From the NCBI GenBank assembly GCA_034521815.1, contig JAXHLW010000013.1:128001-192000 (forward strand): a stretch of DNA of 64,000 nucleotides, read 5' to 3'. The notes under the pieces were generated by a model, which did not search any database, was not told where the DNA came from, and worked only from the letters and a program-made list of their open reading frames with translations. This stretch comes from Trueperaceae bacterium (GTDB taxonomy: Bacteria; Deinococcota; Deinococci; Deinococcales; Trueperaceae). Below are positions 1-14,293 of this stretch, piece by piece; position 1 is the first letter of the stretch; every line of letters begins with the position of its first letter. The translations under genes and the position numbers were made by a program.

Positions 1-150
1 GACGACCTCGACGCGGTCGCTCCACGGCCGTGACGCCAGGCGCTCCGCGTCGCGCACCAGGCAGCGCACCTCGTGGCCATCGTCCAAAAGGAGAGGGACG
101 AGCCGTCCCCCCAGGTACCCGGTCGCGCCGGTGATCAGGATGCGTGCCAC
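1..150 (-). CDS. NAD(P)-binding SDR/epimerase family oxidoreductase (N-terminal part only; runs off window start)
   Basis: Not in ORF track. Manual translation from GTG at 150 gives (M)ARILITGATGYLGGRLVPLLLDDGHEVRCLVRDAERLASRPWSDRVEVV, with a Rossmann TGATGYLG motif. Confidence 0.85.
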   Translation of the reverse strand, partial: MARILITGATGYLGGRLVPLLLDDGHEVRCLVRDAERLASRPWSDRVEVV

Positions 151-189
151 GACTGCATCGTGCCAGAGCTCGGCCGTCGCGACAGGGGT

Positions 190-636
190 TCAGCGCGACA
201 TCACCGGCCGCCTCAGCCGTGCGGCGTGCCACGCGTCGAACAGGAGCAGGAACCCGCCTTGCACGATCACGCCCACGCCGTGTCCCGCTCGCACAGGACC
301 GGCGTCGAACCCGAGCAACGCCGCTCCGATCGCCAGGTAGACGACGTCCAAGCCGACGTTGACGAGAAGAAGCCGATGCAGACGCTGGCGGCGGTGCTCG
401 CTGCCGATCGGGTCGCGATCGAGCCCGGAGCGGGCGGCGCGGCGGCGGTCACGCCAGCCGGCGGCCGCGATCGCGCCGTCGATCGCTCCCCAGACGAGGA
501 ACTGCACGCCGACGCCACGCCAGAACGGGGTGCCGCCGACGGCGAGGAGCGCGCCGGTCGCCAGCGACATCGCCGCCCAGCCGGCGAGCTGCCGGTGGAC
601 GTCGTTCACCCGGCGCCAGAAGCGGTCGATCGTCAT
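190..636 (-). CDS. Small multi-pass membrane protein, unknown function
   Basis: About 4 hydrophobic segments (QFLVWGAIDGAIA; VNVGLDVVY; QGGFLLLFD); ATG at 636 preferred; same orientation as neighbours. Confidence 0.7.
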   Translation of the reverse strand: MTIDRFWRRVNDVHRQLAGWAAMSLATGALLAVGGTPFWRGVGVQFLVWGAIDGAIAAAGWRDRRRAARSGLDRDPIGSEHRRQRLHRLLLVNVGLDVVYLAIGAALLGFDAGPVRAGHGVGVIVQGGFLLLFDAWHAARLRRPVMSR

Positions 637-660
637 CCCGTTCAAGGGCGCCTCGGCATC

Positions 661-1675
661 TCAGAAGTAGCTCGTGATCATTAGCGTCGCGCCGGCCGCC
701 GTGACGCCGTCGGCGTGCCGAAAAGCGGGCCGCACGGTCGCCGTCGCCTCGGGTCGGTCGATCGTCCAGGCGACGGCCGCGTCGAGGACGGCGGCCCTCT
801 TGTCCGCTGCGCGAGAGGAAACGGGCCAGGCTGCGCCGACGCCGACGTCGAGCGAGCCGTCGCGACCGACCGGCACGCTTCCGCTGGCGCGGATCGCGGG
901 CCGGGCCGGGCGCCTCAACGCACCGTCCTCGGGCGCCCACGCACCCTCGACCGTCCAGAGAACCTCGCCGGCGTAGCCGCTGGCGCCGACGCCGCCACGT
1001 CCGTCCCACGGATCGGCAAGCAGCCATGCCTCGCCGAAGACGACCAGCGACGAGACGGTGCCCGAGGCGGTGAGTCCCACGCCAGGCCGTTCGGTCGCGA
1101 ACGCGTGCGCCTCCACGGTCGCGGCGTCGGCGTCCAGACGGACCGAGGCGACGCCGCCCCAGCGATCGGGCACGAGGTCGTCGCCGGTGGGCGCCGCGAC
1201 GCCCAGCCGTACCCGCCAGGGGTGGAGGAACGCCGTCGCGCGTGCGCCCACCAGGCCACGTGGCTCCCCGCCCTCCATCCGGGCGTCCAGCGCCACGACC
1301 GGCGCCAAGCGCATCTCACCGAGCGGCCAGCGCTCGAGCCCGGCGCTGACGTCCAGGTCGCGCACGCGGACGCGCAGGAGCGCTTCCTGCAGCCCGTGCC
1401 GGAGGAGGGGATCGCCCTCGCCGAAGCCGGCGCCCAGGGCGGGCAGCGCGACCGCCTGGAGCGTGACGTCCGACGCGAGCGGCACGTCGAGCTCCAATCG
1501 AGCGCGGATGCGCAGCGGAACGCGCGTCTGCGTGCCCAGCTCGGTCGCGACGCGCTGGACGCCGGTGTCGACGCCGACCTCGCCGTGAAGCGAGGCGGGC
1601 GAGGGCTGCGCGACGGCGGGCTGCGCGACGGCGAGCGACCCATACGTGCGAGCAGGATCGCGATCGCGGGGCCGG

Positions 1676-1679
<4 letters not shown>
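661..1679 (-). CDS. Putative outer-membrane beta-barrel protein (apparent frameshift near 1645)
   Basis: GTG 1679 overlaps the ATPase stop (GTGA). [11 protein letters not shown] continues after a frame change into [13 protein letters not shown]...LELDVP (ORF 661..1497). Alternating beta-strand pattern and C-terminal Phe (ITSYF). Confidence 0.6.
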
Positions 1680-2368
<689 letters not shown>

Positions 2369-2376
2369 GATCCTCC

Positions 2377-3606
2377 TCAGGCCTGGAAGCGCATCGCCTC
2401 GACCGGTTCGAGGCGCGAGGCGAGCCACGCCGGCCACAGGGCGGCGGCGAGGGCGGTGACGACGGCGAACAGGATCGCGAACGCGACCTGGGCCGGCTCG
2501 ACCGAGACGTAGAAGACCGGGTCCAGTCCGAACGACGCGTAGTACGCCTCGAGGCCGGGGACCACCAGGCCGTCGCGGTACGCGGCGACGAAGACCAGAC
2601 CGCCGGCGGTCCCGACGACGGCGCCCATCAGGCAGAGCAGCACGCTCTCGGTCGCGATCATGCCGAGCACGCGCCGGTCGCCCGCCCCGAGGGCGTGGAT
2701 CACGCCGAACTCGCGGATCCGCTCCATCACGCTCAGATAGACGGTGTTCAGCACCAGCAGACCGGCGAGCACGAAGAACATCACCGACACGACGTACATC
2801 ATCGGGTCGAGCGAGTCGAGAAGGACCGACATCGAGGGCTCGACCTCGAGCCAGGTGAGCGACTCGAGCTCGGGAAGAGCTTCGCTCAGGGCGGCGGCGA
2901 GGGCGGCGGCGACGGTGTCGTCCTCGATCCGTACGAGCGACGTGCCGTGGATCTCGAAGCGCTGCACCGCGTCCGGTGCGGCCAGCGCCTGCGCCTCCTC
3001 CAGGGTCGTCCAGGCCGTGGCGATCTCTGCGCTGGGGTCGGCCAGGTCGGCGATTCCCACCAGCGCGTAGGCCGCGGCCCCGAAGCCTCGGCCCCCAGGG
3101 GCGTAGACGAACACGTCGTCGCCCAGGCCCACGTCCAGCGCACGGGCGAGCGAGGCGCCCAGAACGATCTCGCCGGGGTTCTCGAGGAAGCGCCCTTCGA
3201 GCTCGCTGCCGCCCAGCCGCCGCTCGCGCACGGCGGTGGGCCAGTCCTGGCCGTGGACGGGGACGGCGCGCGAGCGCACGTCGCCCGACAGCAGCGCCGG
3301 GACGTCCAGCACGCCGACGACCTCCGGAGCCGCGAGACGCTCCGAGGCGATGCGCTGGACGGTGGCTCGGACCTCGGCGGCGTCGTCGATCAGGGTGTCG
3401 TCCAGCGAGGCGGCGTCGCGCCAGCCGGGCGTGCGGACCTGGACGTGACCGCCGGTCTCGGTGAGGCGCTGGTACATGCTGTTCTCCATGGCGCCGCCCA
3501 GCCCGAAGTACATGACGCTGAACAGCACCACCAGCGCGACGGCGCCCGCGGTCACCAGGCTGCGCCTGCGCTGCCGCCAGAGGTTGCGCCAGGCGAGCGC
3601 GGTCAC
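2377..3606 (-). CDS. ABC transporter permease, LolC/E-MacB (FtsX domain) type
   Basis: LAWRNLWRQRRRS N-terminus, large periplasmic domain, SVMERIREFG, C-terminal PVEAMR; GTGA overlap with upstream gene. Confidence 0.9.
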   Translation of the reverse strand: MTALAWRNLWRQRRRSLVTAGAVALVVLFSVMYFGLGGAMENSMYQRLTETGGHVQVRTPGWRDAASLDDTLIDDAAEVRATVQRIASERLAAPEVVGVLDVPALLSGDVRSRAVPVHGQDWPTAVRERRLGGSELEGRFLENPGEIVLGASLARALDVGLGDDVFVYAPGGRGFGAAAYALVGIADLADPSAEIATAWTTLEEAQALAAPDAVQRFEIHGTSLVRIEDDTVAAALAAALSEALPELESLTWLEVEPSMSVLLDSLDPMMYVVSVMFFVLAGLLVLNTVYLSVMERIREFGVIHALGAGDRRVLGMIATESVLLCLMGAVVGTAGGLVFVAAYRDGLVVPGLEAYYASFGLDPVFYVSVEPAQVAFAILFAVVTALAAALWPAWLASRLEPVEAMRFQA

Positions 3607-4420
3607 CAGTCGCACCCCCGCTCGAGCGCCTGCTGCGTGAAGCAGCGGTCGGGCGGCTCGACGCCGAACTCGACGTCGGTCCACTCGGCGATGGTGCGTC
3701 CGCCGTCCGCGGTGAGGTCGACCACCTCGAAGCGCGTCGGCACGCGCGCGCCGCTCGCGAGCTCGTGGACCTCGCTGAAGGTCAGCCGCTTCACGGCCTC
3801 GCCGCGCTGATCGACGTATTCGAGCTCGAGGGGCGCGAGGTCGGGAAGCGAGGCGGTGAAGCGGAGCTCGCCGTACGGCGTGGGCGCGGTCGGATGCGGG
3901 GTCAGCGACAGAGTGACGGTGTCTTCGTCGCGCTCGGCGACGTCGGCGTCGTAGTCGTCACGGACCTCGTCGCCTGCCATGTCGTCGTAGGAGAGGTCGC
4001 TGCCCAGGAAGCCGTCGCTTCGGCCGGAGGGCGGCAGCCGAAGGGAGCGCCCCAGTCTGGGCGAGTAGACGAACAGCTCGTCGCCGTCGACCAGGAACGC
4101 CTGGCCGGCGTCGCGCGGCGGCCAGGCGACGCGGGTGAGCGATCGCTCGGTGCCGTCGGAGATCACCTCGAGGCGGTACTCGCGGACGTCGCCGTCGCGC
4201 TCGACGCGCATCGTCAGGATGGCGCGCTGGCCGCCGCCGCGGAGGTTCTCGACCATGCGGTCGAGGATGGCGTCGGCGTCGGTGGGAACCTCGTCGCGCG
4301 CCTCGCCGGCGCCCTGGGCGAGAACGGTGCCGGCGAGCGCCAACAGCGCGGCGGCAAGCGCGGACAGCAGGATCCGCGATCACGGACGCTGCGGGAGTGA
4401 CGGTCGGCGTGGAAGGTCAT
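3603..4420 (-). CDS. LolA-like periplasmic protein (outer-membrane lipoprotein-sorting protein family); apparent frameshift near 4380
   Basis: FLGSDLSYDDM motif and P.RD.GQAFL typical of LolA-like proteins. ATG 4420 has RBS GAGAGG, but the signal peptide RILLSALAAALLALAGTVLAQ lies in another frame (ORF 3603..4343). Confidence 0.8.
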
Positions 4421-4429
4421 GCGTGCCTC

Positions 4430-5686
4430 TCAATCGGCCGCGCGCATCGCGTCGGCGGGAACCAGCGTATGAACGCGCCTGGCGGGCGTGAGGATCGCAC
4501 CGAGCGCGGCGAGCACGACGGTCCCGCCCGCGTACGCGAGGTACTCGAGGCGGACGTCGGTTCGGATGTCGGCGCGGAGGGCCAGGCTGGTGAACAGGTC
4601 GCCCCAGAGGTTGGTGAAGAACGGGCCGAGCACGTTCACCTCGGCCATCCAGAACAGCAGGGCGTAGCCGATCGCGACGCCGACGGCGTAGCCGAGCAGG
4701 CTGGCGATCACGGCCTCGAGGGTGACCATCGTGGCGAGGCGCCGGTGGCTCATGCCGAGCGCCAGCATCACGCCGAATTCGCGCGTGCGCTCCATGACCG
4801 AGACGACCACGCTGGAGGTCACCGCGACCGCGGCGAACAGCGAGAACACCAGGCCCATCACGGCGGTACCGACCCGCTCGGTGGCCAGACCGCTCGCGAG
4901 CTCGCCCATCTGCTCCTCGACGGGGTAGGCGCGGACGCCTCCTGGAAGGCCGTCCTGAAGCGCGCGCGCAACGGCCCCCTCGCGCCCCACCGGAACGGCC
5001 AGCGCGAGACTGGTGGCCGTGTCGATCCCCGCCAGCGCACGAGCGTCGTCGATGTGCGCGAGGGCGGTGGTCTCGTCGACCAGCTCGACGCCGGACGTCA
5101 CCAGGCCGACGACGCGAAGCCCCAGCGCGGAGGGGCCCGCGACGCTGGCGGCGTCGACGGCGAGGCGCTCGCCGACGCGCACGTCGAGCCGCTCGGCGAG
5201 CGCCTCGCCGAGGACGAGCTCCCCGGTCGTCGCCACCATGCGTCCCTCGCCGATGGCGCCCGGCACGTCGCTGACCCGCGCCTCGGCGTCCGGCTCGACC
5301 CCGCGCAGCTGCACGCCGGTACTGGTGTAGGGCGAGCGCAGCAGGGCCGGTACGTCCACGCGGGCGGCGACGCCCGCGACCGCGGCGAGCGAGCGGGCGC
5401 TGGCCTTCAGGGGCCCTAGCTCGGGAAGGGCGTGCACGGGATCGGGGTCGGCGTGGTAGGCGGTCGTGGCGATCTGGACCGGGGCGCCCAGGAGGCGCGC
5501 CTGGCTCTGGTAGATCGAGGTCAGGAAGCCGTCCGTCATGCCCCAGAAGAACAGCAGCGAGACCGTGGCATACGCGACCACCAAGATCAGCAGAGCGGTG
5601 CGGCGGCGCTGCCGCCAAAGCGAGCGCCACGCCAGGCGGATCATTCCGGGCAGGCCACGCTCGGCGCGGCGCGGGCCGGTGCTCAT
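4430..5686 (-). CDS. ABC transporter permease, LolC/E-MacB (FtsX domain) type
   Basis: LAWRSLWRQRRRT, SVMERTREFGVMLALG; ATGA overlap with regulator stop. Confidence 0.9.
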   Translation of the reverse strand: MSTGPRRAERGLPGMIRLAWRSLWRQRRRTALLILVVAYATVSLLFFWGMTDGFLTSIYQSQARLLGAPVQIATTAYHADPDPVHALPELGPLKASARSLAAVAGVAARVDVPALLRSPYTSTGVQLRGVEPDAEARVSDVPGAIGEGRMVATTGELVLGEALAERLDVRVGERLAVDAASVAGPSALGLRVVGLVTSGVELVDETTALAHIDDARALAGIDTATSLALAVPVGREGAVARALQDGLPGGVRAYPVEEQMGELASGLATERVGTAVMGLVFSLFAAVAVTSSVVVSVMERTREFGVMLALGMSHRRLATMVTLEAVIASLLGYAVGVAIGYALLFWMAEVNVLGPFFTNLWGDLFTSLALRADIRTDVRLEYLAYAGGTVVLAALGAILTPARRVHTLVPADAMRAAD

Positions 5687-6192
5687 CGCGTCCTCCGTGC
5701 GCTACGCCGGGTGAGCCTGTACTCGCTCCAGCGCTCGAGGACGGCGTCCATCTCGCGCTCCCAGAAGTCGAGGAACTCCAGCGTGTCCTCGATGCCGCGG
5801 CGGGCTTCCTCCGGCTCGTCCTGCATCAGCTCGGCGCCACGCTCCGCCAGAGAGCGAACGGCCCGCATCGAGGCGGCCTCGCTGCGCATCGCCTGGTACC
5901 AGGCGTCGGGCGTGTTGCGGTAGTACGTCTTCCGGTCGCCGGGCTTGCGCACACGCTGAATCAGACCGGGGGCCTCCAGCAGCCGGGTCATGGTGCTGAT
6001 CGAGCCGCGGCTGGCCCTGAGCGTGGCCGCCAGCTCGGCGGCGGACTGCTCCGGAGGGGTGGCGACGAGCAGGGCCGCGAGGATGCGGCCGGCCATGTTG
6101 GGCATGCCGAAGCCGGTGAGGATCTGTCCCATCTCCTCGATGAAGGTGGTCTTGGCGTCGTCGCGGGGCGCGGTGTCGCGAGGTGGGCTCAC
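5683..6192 (-). CDS. GbsR/MarR-family transcriptional regulator
   Basis: FIEEMG..GMPNMAGRIL, wHTH with SRGSIST, PGDRKTYY; GGAGG RBS before GTG 6192. Confidence 0.85.
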   Translation of the reverse strand: MSPPRDTAPRDDAKTTFIEEMGQILTGFGMPNMAGRILAALLVATPPEQSAAELAATLRASRGSISTMTRLLEAPGLIQRVRKPGDRKTYYRNTPDAWYQAMRSEAASMRAVRSLAERGAELMQDEPEEARRGIEDTLEFLDFWEREMDAVLERWSEYRLTRRSARRTR

Positions 6193-6232
6193 GCGGACCT
6201 CCGATCGCACGAATCGTACGGGATTCGGAACG

Positions 6233-6248
6233 TTTAGTCAAGACTGAA
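6233..6248. promoter_or_regulatory. Imperfect palindrome TTTAGTC-AA-GACTGAA, candidate operator of the GbsR/MarR regulator
   Basis: AT-rich inverted repeat (1 mismatch) about 40 nt upstream of the regulator start in very GC-rich context. Confidence 0.55.
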
Positions 6249-6407
6249 ACCTCTGACATTCCCGCGACCGCGAGCGACGCTTCGCCGACCGCGGACCTCG
6301 CGGACGCACGCCAGAGGCCGCTCCGAGGCCGGCGCGACGGGTCCGGCACGCCGGGGCCGTGCGCGGGCCACAGGGCACCGGCCGCCGAGAGCGGTACAGT
6401 GCAGGCG

Positions 6408-9005
6408 ATGAGTGACCTTCAACCCGACCGCCTCCAGCGTTTCTTCCACGATCATCCGGAAAAGCCCTGGCACGTCCAGGACGTCCAGAAGGAGTTGGGC
6501 GTCGACGACCGAGCGGAGCTGAAACGCGCCCTCGACGCACTGGTCGAGGCCGGCGACCTGATCCGCACCCGGCGACGCTCCTACGGCCTGCCGCAGGAGA
6601 TGAACCTGATCCCGGGCAAGCTGCAGGTCGCCTCGGGCGGCTACGGCTTCGTGATCCGCGAATCGGGCGAGGGCAAGGACCTGTTCGTCCCCGCCGACAA
6701 GCTGATGGGCGCTTGGGACGGCGATCGCGTGCTGGCGCGACCGAACCCGCTCAAGAGCGACGACGGCAAGCCCGCGGGCGAGATCGTCCGTATCGTCGAG
6801 CGCAGCAACCGGCGCATCGTCGGAACGCTCGAGTACGCGCGCGGCTATGCGATCCTCCGCCCCGACAGCCCGAGGCTGCGCGAGCGCATCCTGCTGACGC
6901 CCGACACGGTCGGGCGGCTGGACGCGGGCCTGCGCATCGTCGTGTCGATGATCTGGCCGGAGGAGAGCGGCGAGCGCGATCCGTTCGGCGAGGTCGAGGA
7001 GGTCCTCGGCGAGCAGGACGATCCAGAGGTCGAGACCCGCGCCGTCATCGTGAACTACGGCCTGAAGGACGCCTACGACGAGGACACCCTGGCCGAGGCC
7101 GCCGCGGTGCCCGACTCGGTGACGGGCGAGATGATGACGGGACGGACCGACCACCGATCGGTCCCCACCTTCACGATCGACGGCGCCGACGCGAAGGACT
7201 TCGACGACGCGCTGAGCGTGGAGCGCCTGTCCACCGAGAAGTCCGGCGGACGCGGCATGCTCCGCGTCGGCGTGCACATCGCCGACGTCAGCTACTACGT
7301 CGCCGAGGGCACCAGCCTGGACGCCGAGGCTCGCGAGCGGGCCACCACCTGCTACCTCCCGGGCGCCGTGCTTCCCATGCTGCCCGAACAGCTCAGCAAC
7401 GGCATCTGCAGCCTGGTCGAGGGCGAGCCGCGCCTGGCGCTGTCCGTCTTCGTCGACGTCACCCGCGAGGGCGAGGTCAAGGCCGTCAAGTTCAAGGAGA
7501 CGGTGATCGAGTCCGACGCCCGCCTGACGTACGAGCACGTCCAGGCGTACGCCGACGGCGACCGTCTCCCGCACGGCAAGCGCAAGCTCGAGCGCGACAT
7601 CAAGGTGCTCCTCAACCTGGCCCAGAAGCTGCGAGAGGCGCGCATCGGAGCGGGCGCGCTGGACTTCAACTTCACCGAAGCCAAGGTCGACGTCGACGAA
7701 GAAGGGGCGCTGCACCTGCAGCCGATCCGCTCCAACGCGGCGCGGCAGCTGATCGAGGAGATGATGCTCCTCGCCAACCGGGTCGTGGCCGAGGAGCTCG
7801 AGAAGCGCGACGTTCCCGCCCTCTACCGCGTGCACGAAGACCCGTCGGAGCAGAAGATCGAATCGCTCCAGAAGGCGCTGGCCCGGCTGGGGTACACGCT
7901 GGACATCGCGCATGCGACGCCGAAGGACCTGCAGGCGATCCTCAAGGCCGCCGCCGGCAAGCCCGAGTCGCAGCTCGTCAACACGCTGCTGCTGCGCAGC
8001 CTGAAGCAGGCGCGCTACGCCAGCGAGAACCTCGGCCACTTCGGGCTGGCGTTCGAGAACTACCTGCACTTCACCAGCCCCATCCGTCGCTACCCCGACC
8101 TGGTCGTGCATCGCGTGCTCCGGGCCATGCTGCAGCACCGCCTCAGCCCGACGCTGAAGGAGCGACTGAAGAGCGACTTTCCCGACCTGGCGCAGCACGC
8201 CAGCGAGCGTGAGCGTCAGGCGGAACGGGCCGAGCGCGACCTGGCCCGCTACTACCACGCACGTTGGGCGAAGGACCAGATCGGCGAGTCGTTCCACGGC
8301 ACCATCAGCGGCGTCACGAACTTCGGCGTGTTCGTCAGCCTGCCCAACGGCATCGAAGGCCTGATGCACGTCTCCCACCTCGAGGACGACTACTACATGT
8401 TCCTCGAGGACTCGATGATGCTGATGGGCAAGTCGTCGCGCAAGAAGTACCGCATGGGGGACCGCGTCGACGTCCGGATCTTCCAGGCGAATCCGACGGC
8501 GCGGCAGATCGACCTGATTCCCGCCTCGATGCCGATGCCGGAGGTCGTCCCGGAGGAGGCCCCGAAGCGCAGCAAGGCGCCCAAGCGCATCAAGACGCCG
8601 GTCGGCGGCGCCCAGGATGCGCCCGCCCTGGTCGAGGCGCCGCCCGCCCGCGCCGGACGCAAGGGGAAGTCCGGCGACGCGGCCCCGGCGAAGGCCAAGG
8701 CCAAGGGAGCCGAGAAGCGACCGACGAAGAAGGCGGCTGCGAAGAAGGGCGCTTCCGAGGCGACCGATGCCGCAGCGTCCGGCGCCGCCGCTCCCGAGAC
8801 CGCCGCGCCCAAGGCCGCCGCGCCCAAGACCGCCGATGCCAAGGCTCCCGCCTCCAGCCGGCGCCGCCGTGGAGGACGGAAGCCCGCGAGCGAGCCGGCA
8901 CCCGCCGCCGCCGAGAGCGAGCCTGCCGCCGCGCAAGGCCGCCCCGCGACGCCCGGCAAGCGCAGGCGCCGCCTCGTGTTCGGCGACACGAAGAGCGGGT
9001 CGTGA
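6408..9005 (+). CDS. rnr: Ribonuclease R
   Basis: N-terminal HTH, cold-shock domains, RNB motifs TIDGADAKDFDDA and HFTSPIRRYPDL, S1 domain, basic tail; ATG 6408 is 7 nt after a TACAGT -10 box. Confidence 0.95.
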   Translation: MSDLQPDRLQRFFHDHPEKPWHVQDVQKELGVDDRAELKRALDALVEAGDLIRTRRRSYGLPQEMNLIPGKLQVASGGYGFVIRESGEGKDLFVPADKLMGAWDGDRVLARPNPLKSDDGKPAGEIVRIVERSNRRIVGTLEYARGYAILRPDSPRLRERILLTPDTVGRLDAGLRIVVSMIWPEESGERDPFGEVEEVLGEQDDPEVETRAVIVNYGLKDAYDEDTLAEAAAVPDSVTGEMMTGRTDHRSVPTFTIDGADAKDFDDALSVERLSTEKSGGRGMLRVGVHIADVSYYVAEGTSLDAEARERATTCYLPGAVLPMLPEQLSNGICSLVEGEPRLALSVFVDVTREGEVKAVKFKETVIESDARLTYEHVQAYADGDRLPHGKRKLERDIKVLLNLAQKLREARIGAGALDFNFTEAKVDVDEEGALHLQPIRSNAARQLIEEMMLLANRVVAEELEKRDVPALYRVHEDPSEQKIESLQKALARLGYTLDIAHATPKDLQAILKAAAGKPESQLVNTLLLRSLKQARYASENLGHFGLAFENYLHFTSPIRRYPDLVVHRVLRAMLQHRLSPTLKERLKSDFPDLAQHASERERQAERAERDLARYYHARWAKDQIGESFHGTISGVTNFGVFVSLPNGIEGLMHVSHLEDDYYMFLEDSMMLMGKSSRKKYRMGDRVDVRIFQANPTARQIDLIPASMPMPEVVPEEAPKRSKAPKRIKTPVGGAQDAPALVEAPPARAGRKGKSGDAAPAKAKAKGAEKRPTKKAAAKKGASEATDAAASGAAAPETAAPKAAAPKTADAKAPASSRRRRGGRKPASEPAPAAAESEPAAAQGRPATPGKRRRRLVFGDTKSGS

Positions 9006-9009
9006 CGTC

Positions 9010-10502
9010 ATGACCGAGCGGCCGGGTCCTGCCCCGAGCGAGGTGCGTCTCGCGCTCACGCGCGTGTGCCTCCGCACGGGCAGCGTGCTGTTGCCGGCAC
9101 GGGCCCGCGGAGCGCTCCCCGCCGACGGTCGGATCGAAGCGTACGACCCCGACGGGCAAGAGGCGTGGGACCTGGAGATCGAAGCGGGTCGCCTGAACGG
9201 GCTTGGAGCGTTCCTCGAACGGCACGGCCTGGCCGTGAACGACGAGGTGGTGCTGCGCGCCCGGCCGGACGGCCATGTCGTGGTCTCGGCGCGCCCACGC
9301 GCCCGCTCCGCTTCGCGCGACGCCCACGCGGTGCGGCGCGCCGTCGAGTCGCTGCTCGCCGGTGGCGCGCCACGGACCACCGACGAGCTTCGCGAGGATC
9401 ACGGTCTGGCCGACGACGCGCCGCTCGAGGTCGCGCTGAGTCGCGAGCCGCTGCTCGAGCGTCGCTACGGCCGCTGGAGCCTGGTCGGGGCGGGAGAGAG
9501 CGGGAGCCCGCTGGGCTCGTCGTACGGACGCACCGACACCTCCCGAGCGCACCCGGATCCGTCGCCGTCCGGTCGGTCGCCGTCCGGTCAGGCGCCGTCG
9601 GATCAGGCGCCGACCTCGCCCGGCGCGCCTGCGACCGGGGCCGACGCCCCGCACGGAAGCGATCACCCCACGGACCTGGACCTGCCGACCGAGAGCGCTT
9701 CTCCAGAAGCGCTGGCGAGCGCTCGCGACCTGTTCGCGGCGTTGGGCTACCGGGTCGCGTCGGAAGGAGGGGGCACGCTCCGTCTCGAGGCGCGCCTGGG
9801 GCGGACGCGGACGCGCATCCTGGCGCGCGTTCTGGACGCGGGCGCCCGGCCCGACTGGAGCGCGCTGCTGCAAGCCGTGCGCGGCGAGGGCGCCGACCGG
9901 CTGGCGTTGGTCGGCGACGTGCGCGACCTGACGCGACTGGAGCGACCCGCCCGCGGAGCACGGGCGACGCTGTGGAGCTGGGACGGGCTCCGGCGCGTCC
10001 GCGATCTGGCGCGAACCGTTCCGATCGGACCGACCGACCTCGCTCCCTGCTTCGACGAAGGGGGCCTCCACGCCGCCGGCCTGGAGCGCTTCGAAGCGCG
10101 GATCGATCAGCGCCTCGCCGAGCAGGGCGTCTTCGCGGCCGTGGCCGAGCGCCTCGCCGAGCTGCGGGCGCCGATCGTGTTCACCGTCGACGACCTCGTG
10201 ACGGACGCGTCGCTCTCGCGCGAGGCGATCGTCGCCGAGCTCGATCGCATGGCCGCTCCGCCGCTGCAGTGGACGGAGCGGCGCGGACCGGGCGAGTTCG
10301 CGCTGAGGCAGAACGTCGCGGACGGTCTCGTGCGGCTCGAGACGTTCGCCCGTTCTCTGCGCCAGCGGCTTCCCGACCCGACGAGGCCGCGCGTGCGTGG
10401 CGCCGACGGGCCCGGGCACGACGAGCTTCTCGGTGCCGAAGACCTCGTCGCCAGCGGAGCCGAGCACGACGACGGCCTCACCGAGGACGAGGGCGGCGCG
10501 CG

Positions 10503-10506
<4 letters not shown>
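9010..10506 (+). CDS. Conserved-looking multi-domain hypothetical protein (putative nucleic-acid binding)
   Basis: ATG 4 nt after rnr stop; typical high-GC3 codons; globular segments separated by a Ser/Pro linker. Confidence 0.75.
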
Positions 10507-13604
<3,098 letters not shown>

Positions 13605-13695
13605 GAGCCGACCCCCGATTCTCGACCGAGGAGCATAGCACGGTGCCTGTCCGTGTCCTGGACGAAGGAGACGAGATCCGCGTCTACGCTGCGGT

Positions 13696-14082
13696 GTGAC
13701 GTGCGCGCGCTCGCCGAACGCCGGGCTGAACGCCGGGGTGAACGCCGGGTTGAACGGCGGGGTGTTCGTCGCCGTCGGCGGCGACCGTGACGCGGCGCTG
13801 GCCGCCGCGCTGGCCTGCGGCGCGCACACCGCGGTCTGGGCCGATCCGGGCGAGGGCTGGGCCGAAGTGTACGGCCAGCCGGCGTGCGGTCGGTTCCGTT
13901 GGCGAACGCTGATCTGGCACGGCGACGCGGCGCTGGTCGGGCCCGGCACGGGGCGGCCGAGCGATCAGGCGGCTCGGACGCGGCTCAGGCGCGGGACGCG
14001 TCGTCCGCGTCGGCCTCGGACCCGTCGGCCTCGGATCCGTCGTCCGCGAGCTCGACGACGAACGTCTCGTCGCCGACGGTGA
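13696..14082 (+). CDS. Small hypothetical protein (3' end uncertain)
   Basis: GTG 5 nt after TACGCT; coding-like GC3 bias over about 13740-13970; tail overlaps the convergent S4 gene. Confidence 0.45.
   Translation: MTCARSPNAGLNAGVNAGLNGGVFVAVGGDRDAALAAALACGAHTAVWADPGEGWAEVYGQPACGRFRWRTLIWHGDAALVGPGTGRPSDQAARTRLRRGTRRPRRPRTRRPRIRRPRARRRTSRRRR
13716..13763 (+). repeat. 12-nt tandem repeat x4 (GAACGCCGGGNT)
   Basis: Read directly; encodes [16 protein letters not shown]. Confidence 0.85.
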
Positions 14083-14293
14083 TCTCGTCATCGGGCCGGA
14101 GCTTGTGCTTGCGCCGCGTCTCGACCGACCCGTTCACCTGCACCTCGCCCGCCTGGATCATGCGCTTGGCCTGCCCACCGGTACCTGCGAACCCGGCCAG
14201 CTTCAGCGCGGCCGCGAGGGTCAGGGTGGGCGCGCCTTCGGGACGGTCGTCCGGAGCGTCGCCTTGGGCGGGGTTCGGCGCGTCGGGCGTCAT
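13985..14293 (-). CDS. S4-domain RNA-binding protein (YbcJ/YaaA-like)
   Basis: LAAALKLAGFAGTGGQAKRMIQAGEVQVNGSVETRRKHKL; ATGA overlap with pheA stop. Confidence 0.9.
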   Translation of the reverse strand: MTPDAPNPAQGDAPDDRPEGAPTLTLAAALKLAGFAGTGGQAKRMIQAGEVQVNGSVETRRKHKLRPDDEITVGDETFVVELADDGSEADGSEADADDASRA

